A program made the translations under genes and the position numbers. From contig QMWW01000001.1 in assembly GCA_003661825.1 (NCBI GenBank), forward strand, positions 1-49,404: a stretch of 49,404 nt of DNA. Direction: 5' to 3'. This document shows positions 17,339 through 25,000 of the stretch, one piece after another; the stretch's first letter is position 1, and every line of letters begins with the position of its first letter. The notes beneath the pieces are model-generated. The model saw only the letters and a program-made list of their open reading frames with translations. It did not search any database and was not told the origin of the DNA. Source of the DNA: Thermoprotei archaeon. GTDB taxonomy: Archaea > Thermoproteota > Thermoprotei_A > Sulfolobales > Desulfurococcaceae.

Positions 17339-18055
17339 CTAGAAGCACTTCATACAAATGCTGTTTAGAACGCATACTTCACAGCGCGGCTTCCTAGCTT
17401 TACAGACTTCTCTAGATAGATCCAGTACTCCTAGGTTGAAGTCCAAAGCTAGATCAGCACTACTCGGCAACAGGCTCAAAGCTAATAAGCGTAGACTATC
17501 GTAGAGTTCCAAAGCCTTCTACTACTATGGAATTAATAGGTAACGCTTAAAGCACTCATTACTCTACTTATCATAATCAACAACGACTTAACACTTGGTC
17601 CTGGCCTAAGCTAGTGATGAGTCAGCGGGGACTGATAGGTGAAGAACCCACCCTTTGCTGATAGCTGTGGAACGAGCCTTTCCAGCGTCAAAGCTATGTC
17701 TCTACATATGTTCATCCTGTTATCCTATGGTTTAGCTCTAGTAGTAGATGTTGTACTGTACCTAGTTTACAGTACGAAGAACTATACTGGGTACTTCTGT
17801 AAAACTGTTGTGGGGACTAGCTAGAATACATAGCCCAGCAGTAGCCTCTGCAGCGGCGTTTAGATACGTAAGGCTTGAGCTAAAATGGTCTATACGCGAT
17901 TGCTTTAGAGGGAGGCCAGGGTATAGCGTTCTTCTCTCTAGCCCCTCTAGTCTTCTACGTTGCTCTATGGGTATCTACGTGTTATCCGTATTGACAACCA
18001 GGTTATTCTATATCAAAGCTCTAGCAAATGCCCTCCAAGTATCTAGACAACACAT
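17339..18055 (-). pseudogene. nth: Decayed endonuclease III / HhH-GPD glycosylase gene
   Basis: One reading frame, read on the mirror copy 31350..32066, carries the family landmarks in canonical order. These are LVVNTDNT (LSxxTxD-like), DAGKARSTA (HhH GxGxxTA-like), VPADS (VDTH-like) and an intact 4Fe-4S loop CKARKPRCEVCVLNSIC (C-x6-C-x2-C-x5-C). The frame is broken by 13 in-frame stops (10 TAG, 3 TAA). Confidence 0.6.
17610..17665 (+). ncRNA. Candidate archaeal C/D-box sRNA (2'-O-methylation guide)
   Basis: Layout: gcta - C box gtgatga (17614..17620) - 11-nt guide - D' ctga (17632..17635) - tag - C' gtgaaga (17639..17645) - 12-nt guide - D ctga (17658..17661) - tagc. The terminal gcta/tagc can form a 4-bp closing stem. 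Confidence 0.55.
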
Positions 18056-18562
18056 ACCCCATAGCGCGTTATCAGCTGTACTGGTGATCCAGCTAGTACT
18101 AGGCTAGTCTCTGCAGTAACTATTAGCGCCTCGTGCGCGCTAGGTGAAGAGATAGTATGGAGGTGTTTTCCCTACAATCTACTCGGTGGAAGCCCCCGTT
18201 TCCTACTACGGTGTGCGGGGCTTCTGGCACTTCTCGACAACCGTCTTCCTAGGATACAATTACCCCACAATCGGGACTTTGGGAATAACGTTCTATACGC
18301 TCCTCCTGACCCCGTAAGCGCCGTCATGGTGATACTAGTTGATAGCGCGTCATCCGCGCTACTGGCTGTATCGTTTCAAAAGCCCTAAACGCTTTGTAGT
18401 CTCTCACCGCTACATCGGCCCCTCTAAAGCCTAGGCTTAGAGAAGTACTAGCTGGTCTTGGAGCGCTCGGCGCGCTTTCCTGGACTGCAATAGCTATTCT
18501 GCTCTACGCGTTCGAGCTAGTACTCGGGGAGCAGAGCACGGAAACACTAGCTGTAGAAGGGC

Positions 18563-19738
18563 TTAAGCCAAGTAAGCGAGAACAAGGGCTATTATGATGA
18601 GAGCTACTCCTACTAGGAATTCTATCGCGTTAGCGTTGTTTCTAAGCCAGTTAGCTATCCTCTTCTCGCGCCCCATAACCGCTACTAGCACGAACAGCAG
18701 AATTAGGGGCGTTACAAACACTACGTTGTATAGCATGATAGCCGGGATCGCTATGAACTCTGGGAAGTCTTTGAGGAAAGCTATGAATAGTACGAGGGGG
18801 CCGGAGGTACATGGGAGGAGGAATATAACTGATATGCTGGATAGTACTAAGGCTACAAAGTACTTATTACCCATGAGCTTGTTCAAGAACCCTAACCTCT
18901 CGCACCACTCGCACTTTAGAGAAGGCATTCTCTCCCTACCCGACCTAACGATCGTGTATATACCTATAGCTAGAGCTAGAGCTATGAACACTATCCTCGG
19001 TATATACGCTGCAACTACTAGTAGCCCCATAGCGAGAGCGAGATAGCCTACATATATTACCATGATAAACAGTACAGGGGGTCCATACAGCCTCTTAGTA
19101 CTGCTTAAACACGTAGCTAGAAAGGCGAAGTATAGCATTAGTGTGCAGGGGTTTACAGAGTCTAGGAGTCCTAGCACTAGTGCAGCCGGCATAACGTTTA
19201 GTATCGAGACTTCGAGTTCCGGCTTCTCGGGCTCCGTTTCGCACCCGCGGCGCAGATAGTATTCGATGAACTCTCTATGGGTTTTATTACCTAGCTCTAT
19301 GTATCCAGCCAGCGTAGTACCACTAGGCGACACCAAGTATATGGGGATCCTGTTCTCGCTGTTAGTCTTCATTAGCTGCTCGAAGAAGCTAGCGTTCTCG
19401 TACTCTCCTATAACTAGAGCTGATACAGTACCATTGTACACGACAAATATCGCTGGGATGTACCCAGGAACTCCTAGACGGACCAGCTCGCTGTACTTCT
19501 CGCTACAAGTATGGTCCTTGTATATCTCGCATGCGAAGAATCTTTGTTCACCGAAGGATTCTATGAGGAACTCCTTCATAGCTCTACAGTGTGGACAAGC
19601 ATCTGCACCGAACATGTAGAAGTATGACGTATTGCTATCCGTAGCGCTTACGATGAGCCAAGCCGTAAATCCTAAGAACAGGGATGCTAAGAGCAGGAGG
19701 TGGTAGGTCATTCTCAGTACTTGGCCCAAAGCCCTCAC
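18563..19738 (-). CDS. Thioredoxin-like domain fused to a DsbD/CcdA-type transmembrane thiol-disulfide transporter
   Basis: N-terminal anchor, then FGADACPHCRAM (CxxC). The membrane domain carries DSVNPCTLMLYF and LLPCTSGPL, the paired PC motifs of CcdA/DsbD. Confidence 0.8.
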   Translation of the reverse strand: MRALGQVLRMTYHLLLLASLFLGFTAWLIVSATDSNTSYFYMFGADACPHCRAMKEFLIESFGEQRFFACEIYKDHTCSEKYSELVRLGVPGYIPAIFVVYNGTVSALVIGEYENASFFEQLMKTNSENRIPIYLVSPSGTTLAGYIELGNKTHREFIEYYLRRGCETEPEKPELEVSILNVMPAALVLGLLDSVNPCTLMLYFAFLATCLSSTKRLYGPPVLFIMVIYVGYLALAMGLLVVAAYIPRIVFIALALAIGIYTIVRSGRERMPSLKCEWCERLGFLNKLMGNKYFVALVLSSISVIFLLPCTSGPLVLFIAFLKDFPEFIAIPAIMLYNVVFVTPLILLFVLVAVMGREKRIANWLRNNANAIEFLVGVALIIIALVLAYLA

Positions 19739-19982
19739 ACATACTACTTAATGAGCCATTATCCACGATTAAAAGCTTTACCTCTTATTTATCTTATCCG
19801 TACTCACGGCTTATCAAGCACTCCATCTAGTGAACACGTTTTATTATAGTGTTAATCATAATGCTTTTATACTAGATCAATTATTCTGATAGCTTGACCG
19901 AGTAGCAAGGTCCTAGTATGTCTGCACCAATACGATGTACACTACTTTTTGGACTCCACTCTGCTAAACGAGGGGCCTTGCA

Positions 19983-21374
19983 ATGCTGTTCTCTTTTGGA
20001 GTACCCGATTTAGACAAGTTATATGGAGAGGCTTTGGAGGAGAAGACAACTATAGTCATAGCGGGTCATCCAGGATCCGGTAAGACCACGCTGGCCTCGA
20101 TAATATGCTTTAAGAACGCGGTTAACGGCAATAGGTGTCTCTACATAGGGCTACAGGAAGATAGAGATAAGGTATATGGTAGGATGAGGAAGCTAGGAGT
20201 AGATCTAGAGAGAGCTGAGGAAAAAGGCATCTATAAGTTCGTAAAGTTACCGATAACGCGTTCTATTACGGACTTAGCTGAATGGATTATCCGGCTTGTA
20301 TCCGAGTATAAGCCTAAGATATTAGTAATAGATCCTGTAACCGCAGTGCTGGAAGTAATAGACGAGAAGAGCCAGCGTGGATGGCTTCAGAACTTCTTCT
20401 ACGAGCTCTCTAGTACCGTAAAGGGATTAACAGTACTAGTAGCTGAAACTCCACCATGGAGCAAAGGCATAGAGCCTAGTAAGATAGAGTTCATAGCTGA
20501 TGTGATCATAGTGCTCAAGCACAGGGTTGAGAGAGGACTAGTTGTTAGAACGCTAGAGCTTAAGAAAGCACGTAGCTCTGCACTACTGTTAGCAGAGATC
20601 CCGTTTACCCTAGTCGAGGGACGGGGTCTACAGGTATATCTTCCACCGATTATACCGGATATACCTGCAGAGCTGGAAGAGCTTAGTCTGCCGTGCAAGA
20701 GTCTGGCAGAGTCTGTACCCGGGCTAAAAGGCGGTTTAGGTAGGGGTAGAGTAGTCTATGTATCTTATCCGCCCGAAGCACGTGGTATAGAGCCTCTAAT
20801 CCTTGCTTTGTTCCTAGCTATAGCTAACAACACTAAAGTACACTATATTAGCTACCGAGTTTCGCCTAGCTCTATGCGGGAAGACATAAAGAGAAATCTG
20901 TGCAAGCTAGGGGTAGATGGGGACGTAGCCGAGGAGGTTCTGGAGGAATATGCGGCGTTCCATAGTACAAACCCGTTCGCACGCACAGCGCCAGAGCTGT
21001 ATGTTGGTTTAGCTAGGCTCGTTGAGAGAGAAGACACGGGTATTATAGTGATCCATGCAGCCGATCTCTACGCGTTAGCTCTCGGGGAAGACTTTGTTCC
21101 AACCTACTATAATACTGTGAACTACGCGAAGAAGCTGGGTAAGAGCCTAATAGCCGTGGCCTCGAGGATAGATGCACGAATACATAGAGTGCTATCTAGG
21201 CTTGCCGATGTGGTGGTGAACGTAAGAGTTGTTAGAAGGCTTGCGTGGAGCTATGCTAGAACAGTCTATGTATGGGTTAGAGGAGAAGAGCCTAGAGAGA
21301 TACCAACCGATGTATTTAATGCATGCTTTGCTGAAGCCGTAGGGATGATTAAGCAGTTGAAAAGCGCTACATAG
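19983..21374 (+). CDS. KaiC-like / RecA-superfamily ATPase with two domains, the second degenerate
   Basis: The first domain has Walker A GHPGSGKTT and Walker B-like KILVIDP. The second half aligns in architecture but lacks a P-loop (GLGRGRVVYVSYPPEARG). Confidence 0.75.
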   Translation: MLFSFGVPDLDKLYGEALEEKTTIVIAGHPGSGKTTLASIICFKNAVNGNRCLYIGLQEDRDKVYGRMRKLGVDLERAEEKGIYKFVKLPITRSITDLAEWIIRLVSEYKPKILVIDPVTAVLEVIDEKSQRGWLQNFFYELSSTVKGLTVLVAETPPWSKGIEPSKIEFIADVIIVLKHRVERGLVVRTLELKKARSSALLLAEIPFTLVEGRGLQVYLPPIIPDIPAELEELSLPCKSLAESVPGLKGGLGRGRVVYVSYPPEARGIEPLILALFLAIANNTKVHYISYRVSPSSMREDIKRNLCKLGVDGDVAEEVLEEYAAFHSTNPFARTAPELYVGLARLVEREDTGIIVIHAADLYALALGEDFVPTYYNTVNYAKKLGKSLIAVASRIDARIHRVLSRLADVVVNVRVVRRLAWSYARTVYVWVRGEEPREIPTDVFNACFAEAVGMIKQLKSAT

Positions 21375-21398
21375 GAAGTAGCGGTACACTATCGAGAT

Positions 21399-22592
21399 CT
21401 ACTGCTCTCTGCTCTCCTCGCTTAGCACTCCTTCAAGCATCTCCATGTACTTCGTCCCGTGGTCTGGGAACACCACTACTACGTCGCCTTCTATCGCGCC
21501 TTCAGATACTAGTTTATGGGTAGTGTAGGCTACAGCACCAGCGCTCAAACCTATCAGTAACCCGTCTTCTCCAGCTACGCGTAGTACGCCTTGAACCGCT
21601 TCTTCTAGCGATACCTCTAGCACTTTATCAACCGCTACGTGGTGGATCCACTTCATCCCTGTCTCTACTCTGCGGATCCCGGGTATGGATGCTCCTTGCT
21701 TCGGTTCTACGGCGAATATCTTGACGCTATCACCGTACTTGCTCTTGAAGTAGAATGATATAGCCGATAGATGCCCCGAAGTACCTATTCCACCCACAAT
21801 GGCATCTGGCGTGAATCCCGCCATTCTTGACTGATAGTCTATCTCTTTCGCGGTATACCTAAAGTGTACGTAGAAGTTGTAGTCGTTCTCGAACTGGTTT
21901 AGGTTGACAGCGTTGTCGCGTAGCGCTTCTTCCTTGACCTCGTCGATCACCTCGGTTGTAATAGATGCTTGTTTGCGTACTACGCTGGCCCCCAATGCTT
22001 TAAACAAGTAGTCAACGCACTTCTGCGCAGTGCGTGGTAGGTAGAGCTTGGTCTTTATACCGTAGTAGTTGGCTAAGCCGGCTAGAGCTAAGCCTGTATT
22101 TGTCGATGTAGCTTCGTATACTACTCTGAGTTTTTCACCGTATTCTTCGAAGGCTTTTACAAGCATGTACCACGCTATTCTATCCTTAACGCTTAGGCTG
22201 AATGGATTATACCACTCTAGCTTAGCCCATACAGTTGTGCTCTTGTTTGACAGCGACTTTAGCTTAACGATTGGTGTAGGCCAGTTCCCATAGAGCAGTT
22301 TTACCACGTTATCGAAAACTCTCGCTCTACTAGTATTTTCCCTGAACTCCCAGTACGGGTCTAGGAGATCTAGCGGTACTTCTCGCTCGCTCTCATCCCT
22401 GGATACAGGGATATACTTTGTACCGAGTACTTTGAGAGCATAGCACACGCTACTATTCCCTATAGCCTCCATCTTATCGTTTACTAGAACAGGCTTTGTC
22501 CTCCACTTGGATAGAAGAGGACGAAGCATAGCTAAGGCTTTATTCAACGGCTCTGGCTCGCACTTAACGGTATCTGCCTCAGCTAATTGCAT
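21399..22592 (-). CDS. PLP-dependent cysteine synthase / O-phosphoserine sulfhydrylase family enzyme with an N-terminal extension of about 100 aa
   Basis: PLP-lysine motif FSLSVKDR, TSTNTGLALAGLA, and glycine loop GGIGTSGH. Its size and N-terminal extension resemble crenarchaeal OPSS-type enzymes. Confidence 0.85.
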   Translation of the reverse strand: MQLAEADTVKCEPEPLNKALAMLRPLLSKWRTKPVLVNDKMEAIGNSSVCYALKVLGTKYIPVSRDESEREVPLDLLDPYWEFRENTSRARVFDNVVKLLYGNWPTPIVKLKSLSNKSTTVWAKLEWYNPFSLSVKDRIAWYMLVKAFEEYGEKLRVVYEATSTNTGLALAGLANYYGIKTKLYLPRTAQKCVDYLFKALGASVVRKQASITTEVIDEVKEEALRDNAVNLNQFENDYNFYVHFRYTAKEIDYQSRMAGFTPDAIVGGIGTSGHLSAISFYFKSKYGDSVKIFAVEPKQGASIPGIRRVETGMKWIHHVAVDKVLEVSLEEAVQGVLRVAGEDGLLIGLSAGAVAYTTHKLVSEGAIEGDVVVVFPDHGTKYMEMLEGVLSEESREQ

Positions 22593-22688
22593 GGCAATCC
22601 CTTCTATAACATTGTTATAACGACTACTAATAACCGTTTTGTTAGAAGAGCCTAACAGCAGATAGCATCAGGTTCAAACGCTTTAGGG

Positions 22689-22889
22689 CTACACTTCGGG
22701 GATTCCGGCAAATTTCTCGTAGTAGTCTTCGTAGCCGCAGCGGGGACACTTCACGTACTTACAGTTACCGAACGTTACATATGGACATCCCCCACAGGAC
22801 ATAGCACGCGAATACGATATGTCGAATCTAAAGCCGCACCGCGGACAGCGTAGTAGAGCCACAGCAACCCCCAGCCTAGCCTGCTCCAC
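22689..22889 (-). CDS. Small zinc-ribbon protein (three CxxC pairs)
   Basis: 66 aa with CPRCG...CGGCP...CPRCG and a GTG start. It lies between the RHH gene and the cysteine synthase gene. Confidence 0.55.
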   Translation of the reverse strand: MEQARLGVAVALLRCPRCGFRFDISYSRAMSCGGCPYVTFGNCKYVKCPRCGYEDYYEKFAGIPEV

Positions 22890-22951
22890 TCCATAGGTTT
22901 AACATAGGCAAGAGAAGCTAATTAAGCTATAGAAAAACTGTTCTTTCCCGG

Positions 22952-23179
22952 CTAGTCTATGTACCCTAGAGATCGGAGCCTCTCCTTTATCCTCTCTTCA
23001 TCTTCTGGCGATAGAGATGCCTCAGTTTCTTCTTCCTCCACTATCTGTTCTAGCAGAAAAGTTAAGAACTCGTTGAAGCTGTTAAAACCAGCTTCTCGCC
23101 CCCTCTCAACAGCTTTTTCGTAGAGCTCTTTTGGCAACAGTACTTCTACCCTGACCTTATCCTCCGACGCCAAGGCCAT
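22952..23179 (-). CDS. Ribbon-helix-helix (CopG/Arc/MetJ-type) protein with an acidic linker and an LGYI tail
   Basis: 75 aa. It has an N-terminal beta-strand plus two helices (VRVEVLLPKELYEKAVERGREAGFNSFNEFLTFLLEQI) and the tail SPEDEERIKERLRSLGYID. It is a paralogue of the 77-aa ORF on the other side of sat. Confidence 0.65.
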   Translation of the reverse strand: MALASEDKVRVEVLLPKELYEKAVERGREAGFNSFNEFLTFLLEQIVEEEETEASLSPEDEERIKERLRSLGYID

Positions 23180-23255
23180 ACCCCCGCGTATGACTAGTAC
23201 TAGGCTATTGTCTAGCCTAGACTAAGCTAATTAATGTTGCCTTTAGAGAGAACAG

Positions 23256-24404
23256 CTACTCTATAAACGGGTTCCCAGCCTCTATAACGGCTCTCGCTAC
23301 TTCCGGCCTCATCACGTACTCGGGCGGTGTTTTTCCGCGTCTAAGCATATCCCTTATAGCTGTACCGCTTATCCTTATACGGTGTTCTTCCCCGTGGGGA
23401 CATACTTTCTCGTTCACCATACCGCCGCATTTCTTGCAGTAGAAAGCTTCTCTTATGAACAGCGGAGTTATACCGAGATCCGGGAACTCGTTGAATATAG
23501 TCCATGCCTCATAGGGGGCATAGTAATTTCCTACACCTGCATGGTCTCTACCAATAATGATGTGCGTACAGCCGAAGTTCTTCCTCACTATAGCGTGATG
23601 TACGGCTTCGCGCGGTCCAGCATAGTGCATGTTCATGAGGAGCCCGGCAAGGACTACTGTGTCTCGGGGATAGTAGTGTTTTATAAGTGCTTCGTAAGCC
23701 ATGAATATTACCTCGTCGCGGTAGTCTCCAGGCTTCTTCCAACCTATCAATGGGTGGATCAGCAAGCCGTCGGCGAACGTAAGCGCTGCTTTCTGAACGT
23801 ACTCATGCCCTAAGTGGGGGACATTGCGCGTCTGAAAAGCAACTATACGCTCCCACTTCTTCTCCCTGAAGAGAACACGGGTTTCAATAGGCCATAGCAC
23901 TCTGTGCTTTACAGGATACTCTATCTCGTTCAAAAGGTCTACTAAGCCTCCTACTAGTAGCTCTTTTCTCTTCATAGTCTTAGCTACTCCTGGATGACGG
24001 AGATCAAGGGTTTTATATATGTGTTCAGCGTACTCCCGCTTATCCCATCCGTAGATCTCGTCGATCCTCACAACGGCTACGATGGTTTCACCATGCTTTA
24101 GAGCTACGTAGTCTCCCTCCTTAATGCCGCTTATCTCGTCTGGATCGACATCTAGCACCACTGGAATAGTCCAGGGAAGATCGTTTGAAAGCCTCATATC
24201 GTGTAGTACGCTTAGATAATCGCTTTGTACCATAAAGCCTTCAAGTGGGCTGAAGACACCATGAGCAATATCTACTACATCAACTGCTCTCTCATAGCTA
24301 ATACTAAGTACTGGTAGCTCTTCCGCCTCTAAGACCAAGCGATCCCTTTTCTCACCAGTGACTACACGGTTAACTAGCTTACCTCCATGAGGCTTAGGTA
24401 TCAA
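23256..24404 (-). CDS. sat: Sulfate adenylyltransferase (ATP sulfurylase)
   Basis: 382 aa with FQTRNVPHLGHEY (QxRNPxHxxH) and IIGRDHAGVG motifs. TTG start. Confidence 0.93.
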   Translation of the reverse strand: MIPKPHGGKLVNRVVTGEKRDRLVLEAEELPVLSISYERAVDVVDIAHGVFSPLEGFMVQSDYLSVLHDMRLSNDLPWTIPVVLDVDPDEISGIKEGDYVALKHGETIVAVVRIDEIYGWDKREYAEHIYKTLDLRHPGVAKTMKRKELLVGGLVDLLNEIEYPVKHRVLWPIETRVLFREKKWERIVAFQTRNVPHLGHEYVQKAALTFADGLLIHPLIGWKKPGDYRDEVIFMAYEALIKHYYPRDTVVLAGLLMNMHYAGPREAVHHAIVRKNFGCTHIIIGRDHAGVGNYYAPYEAWTIFNEFPDLGITPLFIREAFYCKKCGGMVNEKVCPHGEEHRIRISGTAIRDMLRRGKTPPEYVMRPEVARAVIEAGNPFIE

Positions 24405-24421
24405 GAAGTATCAACCCCTAG

Positions 24422-24655
24422 CTATATATAGCCTAGTCTACGCAGTTTCTCGAGGATCTTCTCCCTATCCTCATCTGTAAAGGGTTCTTCGTATTTTCTC
24501 TCTTCATGAGCAGCAACTATTTCGCGTAGTACGTAAGCTACGTACTGGGATACACTTGTAAAACCTGTTCCCTCGATAAGCTTCTTAATCCTATTATATA
24601 GGGTAACGGGTATGGATACCGTTGTATACCTGCCTTCTCTTCTATACTCAGTCAC
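24422..24655 (-). CDS. Ribbon-helix-helix (CopG-type) protein with an acidic linker and an LGYI tail
   Basis: 77 aa with a GTG start: YTTVSIPVTLYNRIKKLIEGTGFTSVSQYVAYVLREIV, tail TDEDREKILEKLRRLGYI. It lies 17 nt upstream of sat on the same strand. Confidence 0.65.
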   Translation of the reverse strand: MTEYRREGRYTTVSIPVTLYNRIKKLIEGTGFTSVSQYVAYVLREIVAAHEERKYEEPFTDEDREKILEKLRRLGYI

Positions 24656-24690
24656 CCTGGGACACCCCGCCGTTAGTTCTACGGTAATGC

Positions 24691-24714
24691 TTATTAATTA
24701 TATATAATTAATAA
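24691..24714. repeat. Palindrome centre: 24-nt AT-only dyad ttattaattata|tataattaataa
   Basis: The symmetry axis lies between 24702 and 24703, 47 nt from the GTG start of each RHH gene copy. The composition is TATA-box-like. Confidence 0.9.
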
Positions 24715-24749
24715 GCATTACCGTAGAACTAACGGCGGGGTGTCCCAGG

Positions 24750-24983
24750 GTGACTGAGTATAGAAGAGAAGGCAGGTATACAACGGTATCCATACCCGTT
24801 ACCCTATATAATAGGATTAAGAAGCTTATCGAGGGAACAGGTTTTACAAGTGTATCCCAGTACGTAGCTTACGTACTACGCGAAATAGTTGCTGCTCATG
24901 AAGAGAGAAAATACGAAGAACCCTTTACAGATGAGGATAGGGAGAAGATCCTCGAGAAACTGCGTAGACTAGGCTATATATAG
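24750..24983 (+). CDS. RHH (CopG-type) protein; mirror copy of 24422..24655
   Basis: Exact mirror with identical translation. Confidence 0.65.
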   Translation: MTEYRREGRYTTVSIPVTLYNRIKKLIEGTGFTSVSQYVAYVLREIVAAHEERKYEEPFTDEDREKILEKLRRLGYI

Positions 24984-25000
24984 CTAGGGGTTGATACTTC

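Noticed and set aside
17339-18055. The in-frame TAG codons of the nth-like frame as recoding (pyrrolysine or read-through).
   Set aside because: TAA stops are interspersed with the TAGs. Three TAG codons occur in tandem. TAG is used as a normal terminator by neighbouring genes. No Pyl machinery is visible.
17639-18107. The 61-aa and 99-aa ORFs on the plus strand in the gene-poor region.
   Set aside because: They run antisense to the endonuclease III remnant, have no motifs and have odd composition. They are most likely chance ORFs in decayed DNA.
18065-18387. A CPBP/Abi intramembrane protease remnant, suggested by the GEEIVWRC string.
   Set aside because: Only motif 1 is vaguely present. 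The FxxxH and HxxxN motifs are not recognisable at proper spacing, and there is no start codon.
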